A stretch of DNA of 64,000 nt, from NCBI GenBank assembly GCA_034505795.1, contig JAPDQM010000004.1:348-64347 (forward strand), written 5' to 3'. The translations under genes and the position numbers were made by a program. Within the stretch, counting starts at the first letter, position 1, and each line of letters starts with the position of its first letter. The notes under the pieces are model-generated. The model had not been told where the DNA came from, ran no database searches, and saw only the letters and a list, made by a program, of their open reading frames with translations. Shown one piece after another: positions 45,313 to 54,421 of this stretch. Source of the stretch: Candidatus Zhuqueibacterota bacterium (GTDB lineage: Bacteria > Zhuqueibacterota > Zhuqueibacteria > Thermofontimicrobiales > Thermofontimicrobiaceae).

Positions 45313-47388
45313 TTAGCGAATGATTAAGAATTTTACAACCTGACTCTGACCAGTGACATTGTCCGTCACCACAGCAATATAGACGCCACTAACGACGATC
45401 TGCTGATACTCGGTGGTGCAGGACCAATAGGCATCGCCACTGCCATCGGTATGCTCGATGGTTTTGATCAATTCCCCGGTTTCGGTATAAATTTTGATCG
45501 TACATTGCCCGGGAATATTGTAAAATGCCAATTTATCACTTTCCCCTGGGAAGAGCAGGCGATTCGGATCGGCCGAGATGTTGTAGGGATTCGGCACTAC
45601 CCGAATCTGGCTCAACGATTCGCCAGCCGGACGTTTCAGATTGGTCGGATCATAAGTTTGGGTGTAGTACCGGCTACTGCGCAAAATGTCTGCAGGGATA
45701 TTAAGCGTTGGATCAGCAGGAATTTCGTTGCCGGTGGAAACAATATAATAAAAATAGGAAACACCCCGCTCCAAAACGGTATCATTGAAACTCCGCTCAT
45801 CGGGTCCGGCGCGATGGATCAATTGGTAGGTGCTGTCGTACTGGCCTTTGGCCCGATAAATTTCAAAACCCGTTCTTTCTGGGTCATTTTCTTCATAAAC
45901 TTCCCAATTCAGCATGATGCGATCGCCACCGCCATTGACTCGAAAAACACTGGGCGGCTTTGGTGGTTGTTGAATGGCATATCCGGATTGATAATTGGCA
46001 ATCGCACGTCGGAACGTTTGAAAGAGCGAGTCCCGGCCACTCAGCACCCATTCGTTTTTCGTTTTGGCGCTAATCTGGCCGGTCTTGAATTGCTTGCCAA
46101 TCTCAATGCACTTTTCGCGGCTTAAACCCGCGGCTGCCTCCGCCCAAACGATGCGAACGCTCTCGCCGGGACGCAAGGTGTAAGGTCCATAGCCATTGCA
46201 AGCAGAAAATCCACCGGGAGTCCCCAATGCTGGATCGCCGGTGGGCTCGGCGAAGTTGCCCGACGGTTCCACTTTCCAGGCATGCCGCGGCGACATGTGG
46301 CCTTTGGACATCCAGCCGTATTCGGATTCCATGCGCGCCACATTGTAGGGATCGTTCTGCGAGGTATTGGGCGCATCGGAAGATTCGTATGTCGTAGTGG
46401 ATGGCTGGCCCGGATCATCGGTCGGGTCCGTGGCCGAGCGGTCGGCATGCAGCGTGACTACACCAATGAACTGTGCTGAGCCAAGCCGACCAACCGTATC
46501 CGCCGAACCAATGTATCCAGCCGATCCCGCCGGATTCCAGATCGGCGCGCCTAAATTGTCATATTGCGTAAATGGCGGATATTTGCCATGCCAACCAAAT
46601 TGCGCCCGGAATTGTTCATTGGGAGGATCGGGCATCACACCGTCGCCTCGCGCATCCAGCATCAAATTAATGCCCCAGCCTGTCGCATTGCCAATAAGAT
46701 AACGCGTTTCACGGCATACCGCCCAACGAAATTGGAAAAAGAAATAAACATCCTCCAGCGTCTGATTCGGCAATTCAATCTCCGGATCATCATCGACATT
46801 ACCCGTGTTGGTAAAGGTGTACTCACAGATGATATAATTATCATGATAGGGATGGCTGAATTGCATGATCTTGCGGGTGGTGGTAATGCCGATCTGGTTA
46901 TTGGTGATATTCAAAATCATGCGATCGGCTTTCAGCGTTGGATCGACACCATCATTATCCACCCGCTTTTCGTAGGTCTCGATTAAGTCAACTGTCGTTT
47001 TGGGCGGTTCAAAGCGGCTATACATCTCGAATTTCACCGGGAAAAATTCATTGGCGCCGGTCACTCGTGGACCGACATGCACCACTTTATACGGGTAAAA
47101 GACGCCTTTTTCATCGGTGAAATTCTTGCAGCCGATCCAGAAGGCCTTGGCTGCTTGCATGTCCTGATAACGGTAGATACCCTCCCATTGCATCCCGCAC
47201 TGTTGCACTTTCAAATTCCCATGCTCGATTTCGGAACCGATTTCCGAATACCAGTTATGCAGCGAGCCAACAGCCAGCCATTTGACTGCAAATTGAGCGT
47301 TGGCCAGAAACGGGTTCAGCGCGAAAATTATAACGCCGATAAGCACGCCCCATCGCATCCGTTTCTTTTCAAAAATTTGTTTATTCAT
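45313..47388 (-). CDS. Secreted partner protein of the upstream TBDT (691 aa): unassigned N-terminal region, FN3-like module, divergent T9SS-like C-terminal domain
   Basis: Signal peptide ..RWGVLIGVIIFALNPFLANAQ. Family motifs WLAVGSLHNWYS, YIICEYTFTNTGNVDDDPEIEL, HADRSATDPTDDPGQP, GPYTLRPGESVRIVWAEAAAGL. FN3-like PPSVFRVNGGGDRIMLNWEV..GFEIYRA..VSYFYYIVST. C-terminus IRVVPNPYNISA..LAFYNIPGQCTIKIYTETGELIKTIEHTDGSGDAYW..SGVYIAVV..KFLIIR. Confidence 0.85.
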   Translation of the reverse strand: MNKQIFEKKRMRWGVLIGVIIFALNPFLANAQFAVKWLAVGSLHNWYSEIGSEIEHGNLKVQQCGMQWEGIYRYQDMQAAKAFWIGCKNFTDEKGVFYPYKVVHVGPRVTGANEFFPVKFEMYSRFEPPKTTVDLIETYEKRVDNDGVDPTLKADRMILNITNNQIGITTTRKIMQFSHPYHDNYIICEYTFTNTGNVDDDPEIELPNQTLEDVYFFFQFRWAVCRETRYLIGNATGWGINLMLDARGDGVMPDPPNEQFRAQFGWHGKYPPFTQYDNLGAPIWNPAGSAGYIGSADTVGRLGSAQFIGVVTLHADRSATDPTDDPGQPSTTTYESSDAPNTSQNDPYNVARMESEYGWMSKGHMSPRHAWKVEPSGNFAEPTGDPALGTPGGFSACNGYGPYTLRPGESVRIVWAEAAAGLSREKCIEIGKQFKTGQISAKTKNEWVLSGRDSLFQTFRRAIANYQSGYAIQQPPKPPSVFRVNGGGDRIMLNWEVYEENDPERTGFEIYRAKGQYDSTYQLIHRAGPDERSFNDTVLERGVSYFYYIVSTGNEIPADPTLNIPADILRSSRYYTQTYDPTNLKRPAGESLSQIRVVPNPYNISADPNRLLFPGESDKLAFYNIPGQCTIKIYTETGELIKTIEHTDGSGDAYWSCTTEYQQIVVSGVYIAVVTDNVTGQSQVVKFLIIR

Positions 47389-47560
47389 AGCGTCCTCAAG
47401 GTTTAATGAAACACCATAGCGATTTATCGTTTGCTACTTGTCCAGCGGACTGTATCCCTGTAGGCCTTAAAGCAGTCATCTTTCAAATATCGTTTATCGT
47501 GGTTGGCCAGAGCTTTCGATCCGCCGGTGTCGTTATCTGGCAAAATGCAATTCATTTCTT

Positions 47561-50500
47561 TTATTTGATGTCGAACGACATTCGAATTCCCCAGAAAATA
47601 TCCCGCGGATCAAGGAACGTGAAGAACTGCTGATTCGGCATGTCGATATAGGCTTTCGTCTCCAAAATTCGTTTCTTGCGCGCTTCATCAGGATCGTTGG
47701 GATCGTAGGGTTCATACGGTACAGTCCGATAATCTCCCGGTCGGTCATTGCCAGGGATATTGCCATAACCCAATTCGTCGCCGATCTTGGCCGGCAGATG
47801 TAACGACTTCATATAGGCGATATAATCGGGAGAATCCACGAAGCCGTATTGCGTCATATACTTGAAATTGAACACGTTCGAAATATCCACAAAGAACTCG
47901 ACATTGGCCGTGCCAATGCGGAAATTTCGGCTGAATTTAATATTAACATTATAGTAATCTTTCCATTGCACATTATTTTCAATGCCAGGAATCGAGCCGC
48001 CGCCGGTCCAGGTAAAATGATAACCCGACCGCCAGGTAGCTAACACATTCAGCCGCCAATCCGCCAATGGATAAATATTCAGCAATTTTGGGCCAAATTG
48101 TTGTGGCATAAAGAAATCAAAATCGGCCCGGGCATACGGCCTTGGCACCGGTTTTTCCTGATAACTGCGCCAGGTTTCTGATTCAATACGTCGCATCACA
48201 GCGGGATTATTGGAGTAAGTGCTAAAGCCAAAATTGCCAGCCGTCGTGACTTCATAGGTGTAGTTGACAAATCCCTGGATCCAGTTGCCGCGATTTTTAC
48301 GCAACGTCACCTCAAAACCGCGCGTGTCCTGATAGTTATAGGGCTTGCTAACCGAATAATTCACTGTTCCATCATCTCGTTGATAGGTCACCGCACGCGG
48401 CTGCAACGAAGAATCCCGGTAGTAACCGGCAACCCGCACCAAAAACTGATTGAATAGATTGTGCTCATACCCCAACTCATAGGCTACGGTTCTGGGCAGT
48501 GGATTGTTGGGGCTGGCGATCCGCATCACATATTTGGTAGCGGTTTCGCGACGCAGCAGATAGAGATTTTCCGGTGTTGGCAACTGTCGAAAATGTCCAT
48601 AATTAAAGTAAAGTTTGCTATTGATAGTGATGGGGAAGGCAATACCCAGCCGGGGGCTCAAGTTAAAGATGCGCTTGGTGGGTTCTTTATCCAGCAGGGT
48701 ATCAATGCCCGTAGAATATTTGGCCGAAAATGCCTTGTTCCAGGGATCATCGTACGCGTACCACTCGCCGCCGGCATGGGAATAATCAAGCCGTAAGCCC
48801 ACATTAGCAATCATCCCCTCGAATTCCAATTTATCCTGTAGATAGATCGCGGCGCGAACCGGATAGGTGTGCCATTTTGATTGAGAGCGGCCGCTGGGCA
48901 GAAAAATGTCCACTGACGCATAATTCACATTATTATCCGTGTAGATAAATTCAACGCCACCCTTCAAATTGTTGAAGCGATCAAGCTGACTGGTCATATC
49001 GAAGCGGGTGGTATAGACGGTCACGCGGCTGCTATCGCGCGAGTTGCTCATTCCCACTCCCATGCGCAGGCCCACAATGCCGGTGCTGGGTGCGGGCTGA
49101 TAGCCAAAAGGCGCTTCATCGATATAATAGTTGTCGCCAAATTTGTAGACCCGGGAGGTATCTCGTGGAGTGCCGGGATTGGTATTGTAACTGGATTGAA
49201 AACGTTGCAGGGTGACTTCATAAAAAGTTTTCGGACTGAGCACATGGGTAAATTTGGCGCCAAAGTTGGTCCGAGTGACGGTAGACGGGCACCAATAATC
49301 TGTGCCGTACATTCTGCCATCGATGTATTTTGGGCCATTGCTCAGCGCACTGGCAATGCTCCAGGAATCACTAAAAATCCCAGGCTCACCGGAGTTATTA
49401 TCATTGGTACCACTCTGCCTTCCAATGAGGCCGTCGATCATCAGTTTCATGCCTTCGCCAATGTCCGAGGTAATTTTCAGTTGTCCATTGTAATCGCGAT
49501 AGGCATCGCGCGACAGCGGCACGATGTACATATCTCGCGCATCGCGATACGAAGCAAAGAACCGAAGATTGCCCAACGGTTCGCTGATAAATGGCACCGG
49601 CCCACCAAAACTCATGTCAACATTATAATCGGGCTTGGAGATGTCCAATTTGCGCCGATGCTCCCACAGGAACACCTGTTGCGCGGCTGCTGGAGTCAAA
49701 TCGTTATCCGGATTATCATCTTTCAAGGTTTTTGCTGAAACCGCATTCCACCCTTCAAATTCAACATATTGCTTTTGCGTGTACTCATCCCAGGCTCCAT
49801 TTTTGGTGCCGGTCCAACAAACCGCATTATCCACATACGGCCGAATCCAGTAGGAATCCCAGGACGAGGGAGAATGGCCAAAATGCTTCTTTGCCGGCGG
49901 GCTGTAACGCGTCAGCAAACCGAAGTGATACTGGTCTTTTTTGCCTTCTTTGGTGACTACGTGAATCAGACCCGCGCGCATGTTGCCGTATTCAGCATTA
50001 AAGCCACCGGTTTGAATTTGGATTTCATCGATGGAGGTGTAGCTTATCGCCGTATAGGGCTGATTGTTTCGCTCATCTCGAAGCGTAAAGCCGTTCACCA
50101 TAAACGCAGTCTGATCGGCGCCACCGCCACGAATGGTCAATCCCTGCACGCCAGCTTCCAGAGCTACCACACTGGCGACACTGACTACCGGCAGCGATTG
50201 GATCTCTTTGGCATTCAGGTTGGCCTGGCTCGCTGAAACATCTTTTTGCACCACTGGCCGTTCAGCCACAACCTGCACTTCCTCGCCCATGATGGCCTGC
50301 AATTTCATTTTGAAATCTACAGTCGTAGTAAGATCAATGCTGACACGCACATTGGCTGCAGTTAAATTTGCATAGCCCATCATGGTGGCTTTCAACGTAT
50401 AGGTGCCAGGTGGAACGTTTAAAATGACATAATATCCTTTGAGATCAGCCGCGGCCCCCATCATCGTGCCTTCGATAACGATGTTAGCGCCTGGCAGGGG

Positions 50501-50614
50501 CTGGCCATTTTCAGAATCGGTGACCACACCAGCTATCTTTCCGGTCACGCCAGCCATTATCGGTTGAGCTGCTAACAGCAGCAGGACACTGAAACAAAGA
50601 ATCAACTTTCTCAT
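47561..50614 (-). CDS. TonB-dependent transporter with CarboxypepD_reg-like domain (long subfamily, 1017 aa)
   Basis: Signal peptide MRKLILCFSVLLLLAAQPIMA. VTGKIAGVVTD..GTYTLKATMMGY. Plug motifs TIRGGGADQTAFMVNG..IHVVTKEG. Conserved post-plug insert ..PYVDNAVCWTGTKNGAWDEYTQKQY.. C-terminus ..IFWGIRMSFDIK. Confidence 0.9.
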   Translation of the reverse strand: MRKLILCFSVLLLLAAQPIMAGVTGKIAGVVTDSENGQPLPGANIVIEGTMMGAAADLKGYYVILNVPPGTYTLKATMMGYANLTAANVRVSIDLTTTVDFKMKLQAIMGEEVQVVAERPVVQKDVSASQANLNAKEIQSLPVVSVASVVALEAGVQGLTIRGGGADQTAFMVNGFTLRDERNNQPYTAISYTSIDEIQIQTGGFNAEYGNMRAGLIHVVTKEGKKDQYHFGLLTRYSPPAKKHFGHSPSSWDSYWIRPYVDNAVCWTGTKNGAWDEYTQKQYVEFEGWNAVSAKTLKDDNPDNDLTPAAAQQVFLWEHRRKLDISKPDYNVDMSFGGPVPFISEPLGNLRFFASYRDARDMYIVPLSRDAYRDYNGQLKITSDIGEGMKLMIDGLIGRQSGTNDNNSGEPGIFSDSWSIASALSNGPKYIDGRMYGTDYWCPSTVTRTNFGAKFTHVLSPKTFYEVTLQRFQSSYNTNPGTPRDTSRVYKFGDNYYIDEAPFGYQPAPSTGIVGLRMGVGMSNSRDSSRVTVYTTRFDMTSQLDRFNNLKGGVEFIYTDNNVNYASVDIFLPSGRSQSKWHTYPVRAAIYLQDKLEFEGMIANVGLRLDYSHAGGEWYAYDDPWNKAFSAKYSTGIDTLLDKEPTKRIFNLSPRLGIAFPITINSKLYFNYGHFRQLPTPENLYLLRRETATKYVMRIASPNNPLPRTVAYELGYEHNLFNQFLVRVAGYYRDSSLQPRAVTYQRDDGTVNYSVSKPYNYQDTRGFEVTLRKNRGNWIQGFVNYTYEVTTAGNFGFSTYSNNPAVMRRIESETWRSYQEKPVPRPYARADFDFFMPQQFGPKLLNIYPLADWRLNVLATWRSGYHFTWTGGGSIPGIENNVQWKDYYNVNIKFSRNFRIGTANVEFFVDISNVFNFKYMTQYGFVDSPDYIAYMKSLHLPAKIGDELGYGNIPGNDRPGDYRTVPYEPYDPNDPDEARKKRILETKAYIDMPNQQFFTFLDPRDIFWGIRMSFDIK

Positions 50615-50925
50615 AGGACAGGCCTCTCCTTAAAGTAAAGGATTTTTGATTAATTGAAAAGTTACCATTAGCAGGCAAGGCTGCAGGAGCGAATGGATGA
50701 AACGATAAAAAGAATGGAATGCAGGTAAACAAGAGTAGCAAGAGGTGTGAACAGCCTTTCGGTCGTCTAATGGCATAGAATTATAACGACTATTTAGCAC
50801 AGATCGATAACTAATGGGCATGAGGCGCTTGATTCTCGACGCGATGGATTCGGGCCTCCCGCCGGTTGCCAGTTCCGATATTTGGAACAAGCAAGACTGT
50901 TACTGTTTGTTAGGATGTCAAACTA

Positions 50926-50954
50926 ATTATATAAAATTTAAACATAATTGTCAA
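50926..50954 (-). promoter_or_regulatory. Consensus sigma-70-like promoter facing the 47561..50614 TBDT cassette
   Basis: The minus strand reads TTGACA (50954-50949), a 17-nt spacer, then TATAAT (50931-50926). About 310 nt upstream of the ATG at 50614, in the divergent intergenic region shared with fur. Confidence 0.45.
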
Positions 50955-51042
50955 CAAAAAATTTTATTTTTTTCAAATTTCATTTACGCTGCATTTCTGC
51001 GCTAGAATTGAAGCTGCATCTGACGCCCGGATCAAAAAACTA

Positions 51043-51071
51043 TTGATTAATTCAAATACATTTGCTACATT
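51043..51071 (+). promoter_or_regulatory. Putative sigma-70-like promoter of the fur-feoB operon
   Basis: TTGATT (51043-51048), a 17-nt spacer, then TACATT (51066-51071), immediately upstream of the Fur box. Confidence 0.35.
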
Positions 51072-51090
51072 AATAATGATAATTATTATC
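51072..51090 (+). promoter_or_regulatory. Fur box
   Basis: AATAATGATAATTATTATC matches the classical 19-bp consensus GATAATGATAATCATTATC at 17 of 19 positions. It ends 24 nt upstream of the fur ATG and abuts the putative -10 element. Confidence 0.7.
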
Positions 51091-51114
51091 AATTTCACTT
51101 TGCCCTGGGAGTCG

Positions 51115-51579
51115 ATGATGCTAACAGAATTCAAGCGCCGTTATCAAGATTTCATTGCGACCCGCAAACTTAAATCTTCCAAACGCCGCGATCTGATTGT
51201 CGATTTCATCATGCAGACCAAAGGCCATTTCACTATCGACGACATCTATCCCCAAATGCTAAAGATCGATCGTAGCATTGGTATCGCTACGGTTTATCGC
51301 ACTCTGCGACTTCTGGTCGATAGCGGCATTTTGCGGGAGCATTCATTCGGTGAAAAGCGGGGCTATTTTGAGTTACTGCCGCTGCATACGCCACTGCATG
51401 ACCATTTAATCTGTACCGATTGCGGTAAAATCATGGAATTCCAATGTCAGTCTATTGAGCAAGAAAAACGGCGAATCGCGCAACAATATCAATTCAGCAT
51501 ACGAACCCATAAATTGGAAATTTTTGGAATTTGCGCCCAATGTCAACAACAAAAAAACAGCCTCAATATCCAGACATAG
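51115..51579 (+). CDS. fur: Fur-family transcriptional regulator
   Basis: Track ORF 51043..51579 trimmed to ATG 51115, because GGGAG lies upstream and the longer ORF would translate through the Fur box. wHTH segment IGIATVYRTLRLLVDSGIL. Metal-site motifs HDHLICTDCG and CAQC. Confidence 0.85.
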   Translation: MMLTEFKRRYQDFIATRKLKSSKRRDLIVDFIMQTKGHFTIDDIYPQMLKIDRSIGIATVYRTLRLLVDSGILREHSFGEKRGYFELLPLHTPLHDHLICTDCGKIMEFQCQSIEQEKRRIAQQYQFSIRTHKLEIFGICAQCQQQKNSLNIQT

Positions 51580-53549
51580 CTTCTGCTGATGTTAATCGAA
51601 TCCAATTTCATAAAAATGTGATTCTCATTGTCGGCAATCCCAATGTCGGCAAGACATCCATATTTAATCAGCTTGCTCGCAAGTATGCTATTACTGCCAA
51701 TTATCCTTTTACCACGATTGAACTCAATACGGGTACTATCGATTTGAATGGCAAGCCATTCGAGATCATCGACACCGCCGGCATCTATCGCCTCGATCAC
51801 CCCTCGGAAGAAGCTCAAATCACCCGCGATCTAATTTTTCACTCGCACCCAGAAATTCTTATTCAAGTCGTCGAGGCGGCTAATCTGGAACAATCCTTGT
51901 TGCTGACTGCCCAATTGTTGGAACTGCGGATCCCCTTAATATTGGTTCTAAATATGATTGATGAAACCGCCCGCCAGGGAGTGCGCATCAATGCCAGACT
52001 GCTTACAGCAAAATTAGGGGTTCCAGTCATCGAAACCGTTGCCACCGAAGGCAGAGGCATCGACGCTCTCAATAAGGCCATGAACCGCTTGAGTCCTCCT
52101 TCAAGCTTCATTCGCTATCCAGCCTTAGTGGAGCAATTGTATCATGATCTGCACCTGTTGTTTCCTGCGAAAAATAAGCCATCCCATGCTTTGCTCTCAT
52201 TGCTGGTTCTTAACGATCCCTACGCTCGACAGTGGCTTGATGACCATTACGGTCCGGAACTCAAAGAAAATGCCTTGAACTATATGAATATTTTTCTTGA
52301 TAAGCATTTTCTCAATCCGGCCATGGCAATATTAAACTCCCAGCAAGCCTGGGTGCAGGACTTAGCCAGCCAGACCCTGAAACGAAAACGACATCTGACC
52401 ATTTTGGGCCTGCAGAAATTCGGTGAATGGTCCCGTCATCCCTGGTATGGTTGGCTTATTGTATTCGTCATAATCGCTATTACCTATCTCTTGGTTGGAA
52501 AATTGGGGGCTGTCTATCTCGTCACGCGATTAGATGAATTTGTTTTCAATCCGCTCACCAACTATCTGGAGCGTCTGATTCCCTGGCCACTGGTGCAACG
52601 GCTGCTGGTGGGAGATTACGGGCTGCTTACTACCGGCTTATTCAACGCAATTGGCACTGTGCTACCTATCATCACCCTTTTTTTCCTGGTTCTCAATTTT
52701 ATCGAGGACATCGGTTATCTCACCAATTTGATTGTGCTCACCAACCGCGTGTTCCAGAAAGTTGGTCTATCGGGCAAAGCGATTCTGCCATTGGTATTGG
52801 GATTTGGTTGCAAAACCATGGCCACGTTGTCCACGAAAATTCTGGATTCTAAAAAAGAGAAATATATCGCCATTTTTCTAATCGGTCTGGCCATTCCGTG
52901 TTCCAGCCAGATGAGCATCATTCTGGCCGTGCTGGCGCTGCAACCCATCGTCGTTCTTGTGATGGTGATTAGCGTTCTGTTCGTCATCGAAATCGCCGCG
53001 GGATTAATTCTGAATCGGCTGCTGCCCAAAGAGCCACAGCCAGATTTTATTATCGCAATTCCGCCGATTCGGCTGCCGGATTTCACGCTACTGCTACAAA
53101 AGACCTATCATCGCACGCTGTGGTTTATCAAAGAAGCGGTGCCGCTGTTTCTATTTGGTGCCTTCGTGCTCTTTTTATTGCACGAAACCGGCGGCATGAA
53201 AATTCTAGAATGGCTCCTGCGTCCAGTTATTGTCTCATTTTTGGATCTTCCCATCAAATTTTCAGAGGCATTGGTGCTAAGTCTGGCTCGGTCTGAGGCG
53301 GGCGCCGTCTTGGTCATGGACATGGTTCGAAATGCCGAATTGACATCGAAACAGCTCATTGTGGCCATCATCGTACTGACGCTGTTCGTGCCTTGCATTT
53401 CTGATATCATGGCGATCATCAAATCATTGAAACTCAGGAAAGCAATGATAATGGTATTTATCATCACCTGCTCCGCCTTCTTGGTCGGCGGATTGATGAA
53501 TTACTTTTTAAATATTTCAGCGATTGGAGGATTATTAGATGCGTTTTAG
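51531..53549 (+). CDS. feoB: Ferrous iron transporter FeoB (G-domain plus membrane permease)
   Basis: G1 motif GNPNVGKTSIFN, DTAG, NMID. Multiple hydrophobic helices in the C-terminal two thirds. The start (51531 or 51540) overlaps the fur 3' end by 40-49 nt. Confidence 0.9.
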   Translation: MRPMSTTKKQPQYPDIASADVNRIQFHKNVILIVGNPNVGKTSIFNQLARKYAITANYPFTTIELNTGTIDLNGKPFEIIDTAGIYRLDHPSEEAQITRDLIFHSHPEILIQVVEAANLEQSLLLTAQLLELRIPLILVLNMIDETARQGVRINARLLTAKLGVPVIETVATEGRGIDALNKAMNRLSPPSSFIRYPALVEQLYHDLHLLFPAKNKPSHALLSLLVLNDPYARQWLDDHYGPELKENALNYMNIFLDKHFLNPAMAILNSQQAWVQDLASQTLKRKRHLTILGLQKFGEWSRHPWYGWLIVFVIIAITYLLVGKLGAVYLVTRLDEFVFNPLTNYLERLIPWPLVQRLLVGDYGLLTTGLFNAIGTVLPIITLFFLVLNFIEDIGYLTNLIVLTNRVFQKVGLSGKAILPLVLGFGCKTMATLSTKILDSKKEKYIAIFLIGLAIPCSSQMSIILAVLALQPIVVLVMVISVLFVIEIAAGLILNRLLPKEPQPDFIIAIPPIRLPDFTLLLQKTYHRTLWFIKEAVPLFLFGAFVLFLLHETGGMKILEWLLRPVIVSFLDLPIKFSEALVLSLARSEAGAVLVMDMVRNAELTSKQLIVAIIVLTLFVPCISDIMAIIKSLKLRKAMIMVFIITCSAFLVGGLMNYFLNISAIGGLLDAF

Positions 53550-54255
53550 TTCACCACGGAAAAGCAAAGCCTTTCAGCATCATCATCGTTATCAGCGCGG
53601 GCATCAGAAAAAAATCGAAGAGTACCTGGAAATTTTGTGGCACATGCAAGAACGACATGGAACTAATCTTAAAAAGTTTCTCGTTGATCTACAAGATGAT
53701 TGGCAGCCATCGATTGCTGAAGCGCTTAAAAAGGAAGGCTACATCGAAGCAACGGATGCAGAATTTCGTTTTACCAGCAAGGGCCAAGCCCAGGCCGTGC
53801 AACTCATTCGGTCCCATCGGCTGGCAGAGCGGCTATTGACCGATGTTCTCAATATGAATTTAGATCACGCCGAAACAGGTGCCTGTGAATTCGAGCATAT
53901 TGTGGTACCCGAAATTATCGATGCCATTTGTACTTTGCTGGGGCATCCCAAGGCCTGTCCCCATGGCCTGCCCATACCTCCTGGAGCTTGTTGTCGTGAC
54001 GCCAAAAGCGCAATTAAAACCGCGATCCGGAACATTACGGAATTACAAATTGGTGAAAAGGCACGCGTGGCTTATATCAATACCCAATCCAATGCCCGAA
54101 TGCATCAACTGACCCAGCTTGGGATTCGCCCCGGAATCGAAATCTGGATTCACCAAAAGTTCCCGGTGTTTGTCATCCGACTCAATCACACTCAGATTGC
54201 GCTGGCGGAAGAAGTAGCAAAAGATATTCTCGTATGGGAGCCAGGAGAGAAATAA
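53539..54255 (+). CDS. DtxR/MntR-family metal-dependent regulator with C-terminal FeoA/SH3-like domain and His-rich N-terminus
   Basis: IEEYLEILWHM.., dimerisation and metal-binding region IRSHRLAERLLTDVL..HAETGACEFEHIV..LLGHPKACPHGLPIP. FeoA-like tail ITELQIGEKARVAYINTQ..LTQLGIRPGIEIWIHQKFPVFVIRL. Overlaps the feoB stop by 11 nt. Confidence 0.8.
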   Translation: MRFSSPRKSKAFQHHHRYQRGHQKKIEEYLEILWHMQERHGTNLKKFLVDLQDDWQPSIAEALKKEGYIEATDAEFRFTSKGQAQAVQLIRSHRLAERLLTDVLNMNLDHAETGACEFEHIVVPEIIDAICTLLGHPKACPHGLPIPPGACCRDAKSAIKTAIRNITELQIGEKARVAYINTQSNARMHQLTQLGIRPGIEIWIHQKFPVFVIRLNHTQIALAEEVAKDILVWEPGEK

Positions 54256-54365
54256 ACCAATGGTCATAGAAATCAGCGGCTTTTACCTGCAGGGTTGTAA
54301 AACCGTTGCCGCCAATAACGCCTTGCCACATCACCGACAACTGCACTCTTGCTGCGCTCTTTTCT

Positions 54366-54395
54366 AAAAAAAAGGGCAGCTCCATTGAGCTGCCC
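54366..54395 (-). terminator. Rho-independent terminator of the ribosomal alpha operon (after rplQ)
   Basis: 9-bp GC-rich stem GGGCAGCTC / GAGCTGCCC with a 4-nt loop, 27 nt after the rplQ stop. On the minus-strand RNA it is followed by eight U residues (the A8 run at 54366-54373). Confidence 0.85.
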
Positions 54396-54421
54396 TATAG
54401 CATGTTTTATTTCCTTTGGGT

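Noticed and set aside
30462-47388. Looked for SusD/RagB-like genes downstream of each TBDT, as in canonical PULs.
   Set aside because: The downstream proteins are beta-rich, lack a lipobox, carry an FN3-like module and a sorting-domain-like C-terminus, and show none of the TPR-like helical character of SusD. The loci should therefore not be called SusC/SusD PULs.
50615-51114. The idea that the Fur box also controls the divergent TBDT cassette, making it an iron-uptake receptor.
   Set aside because: The box sits about 120 bp from the minus-strand promoter match and about 460 bp from the TBDT start. The TBDT belongs to the same paralog family as four others that have no Fur box and sit in a polymer-degradation context.
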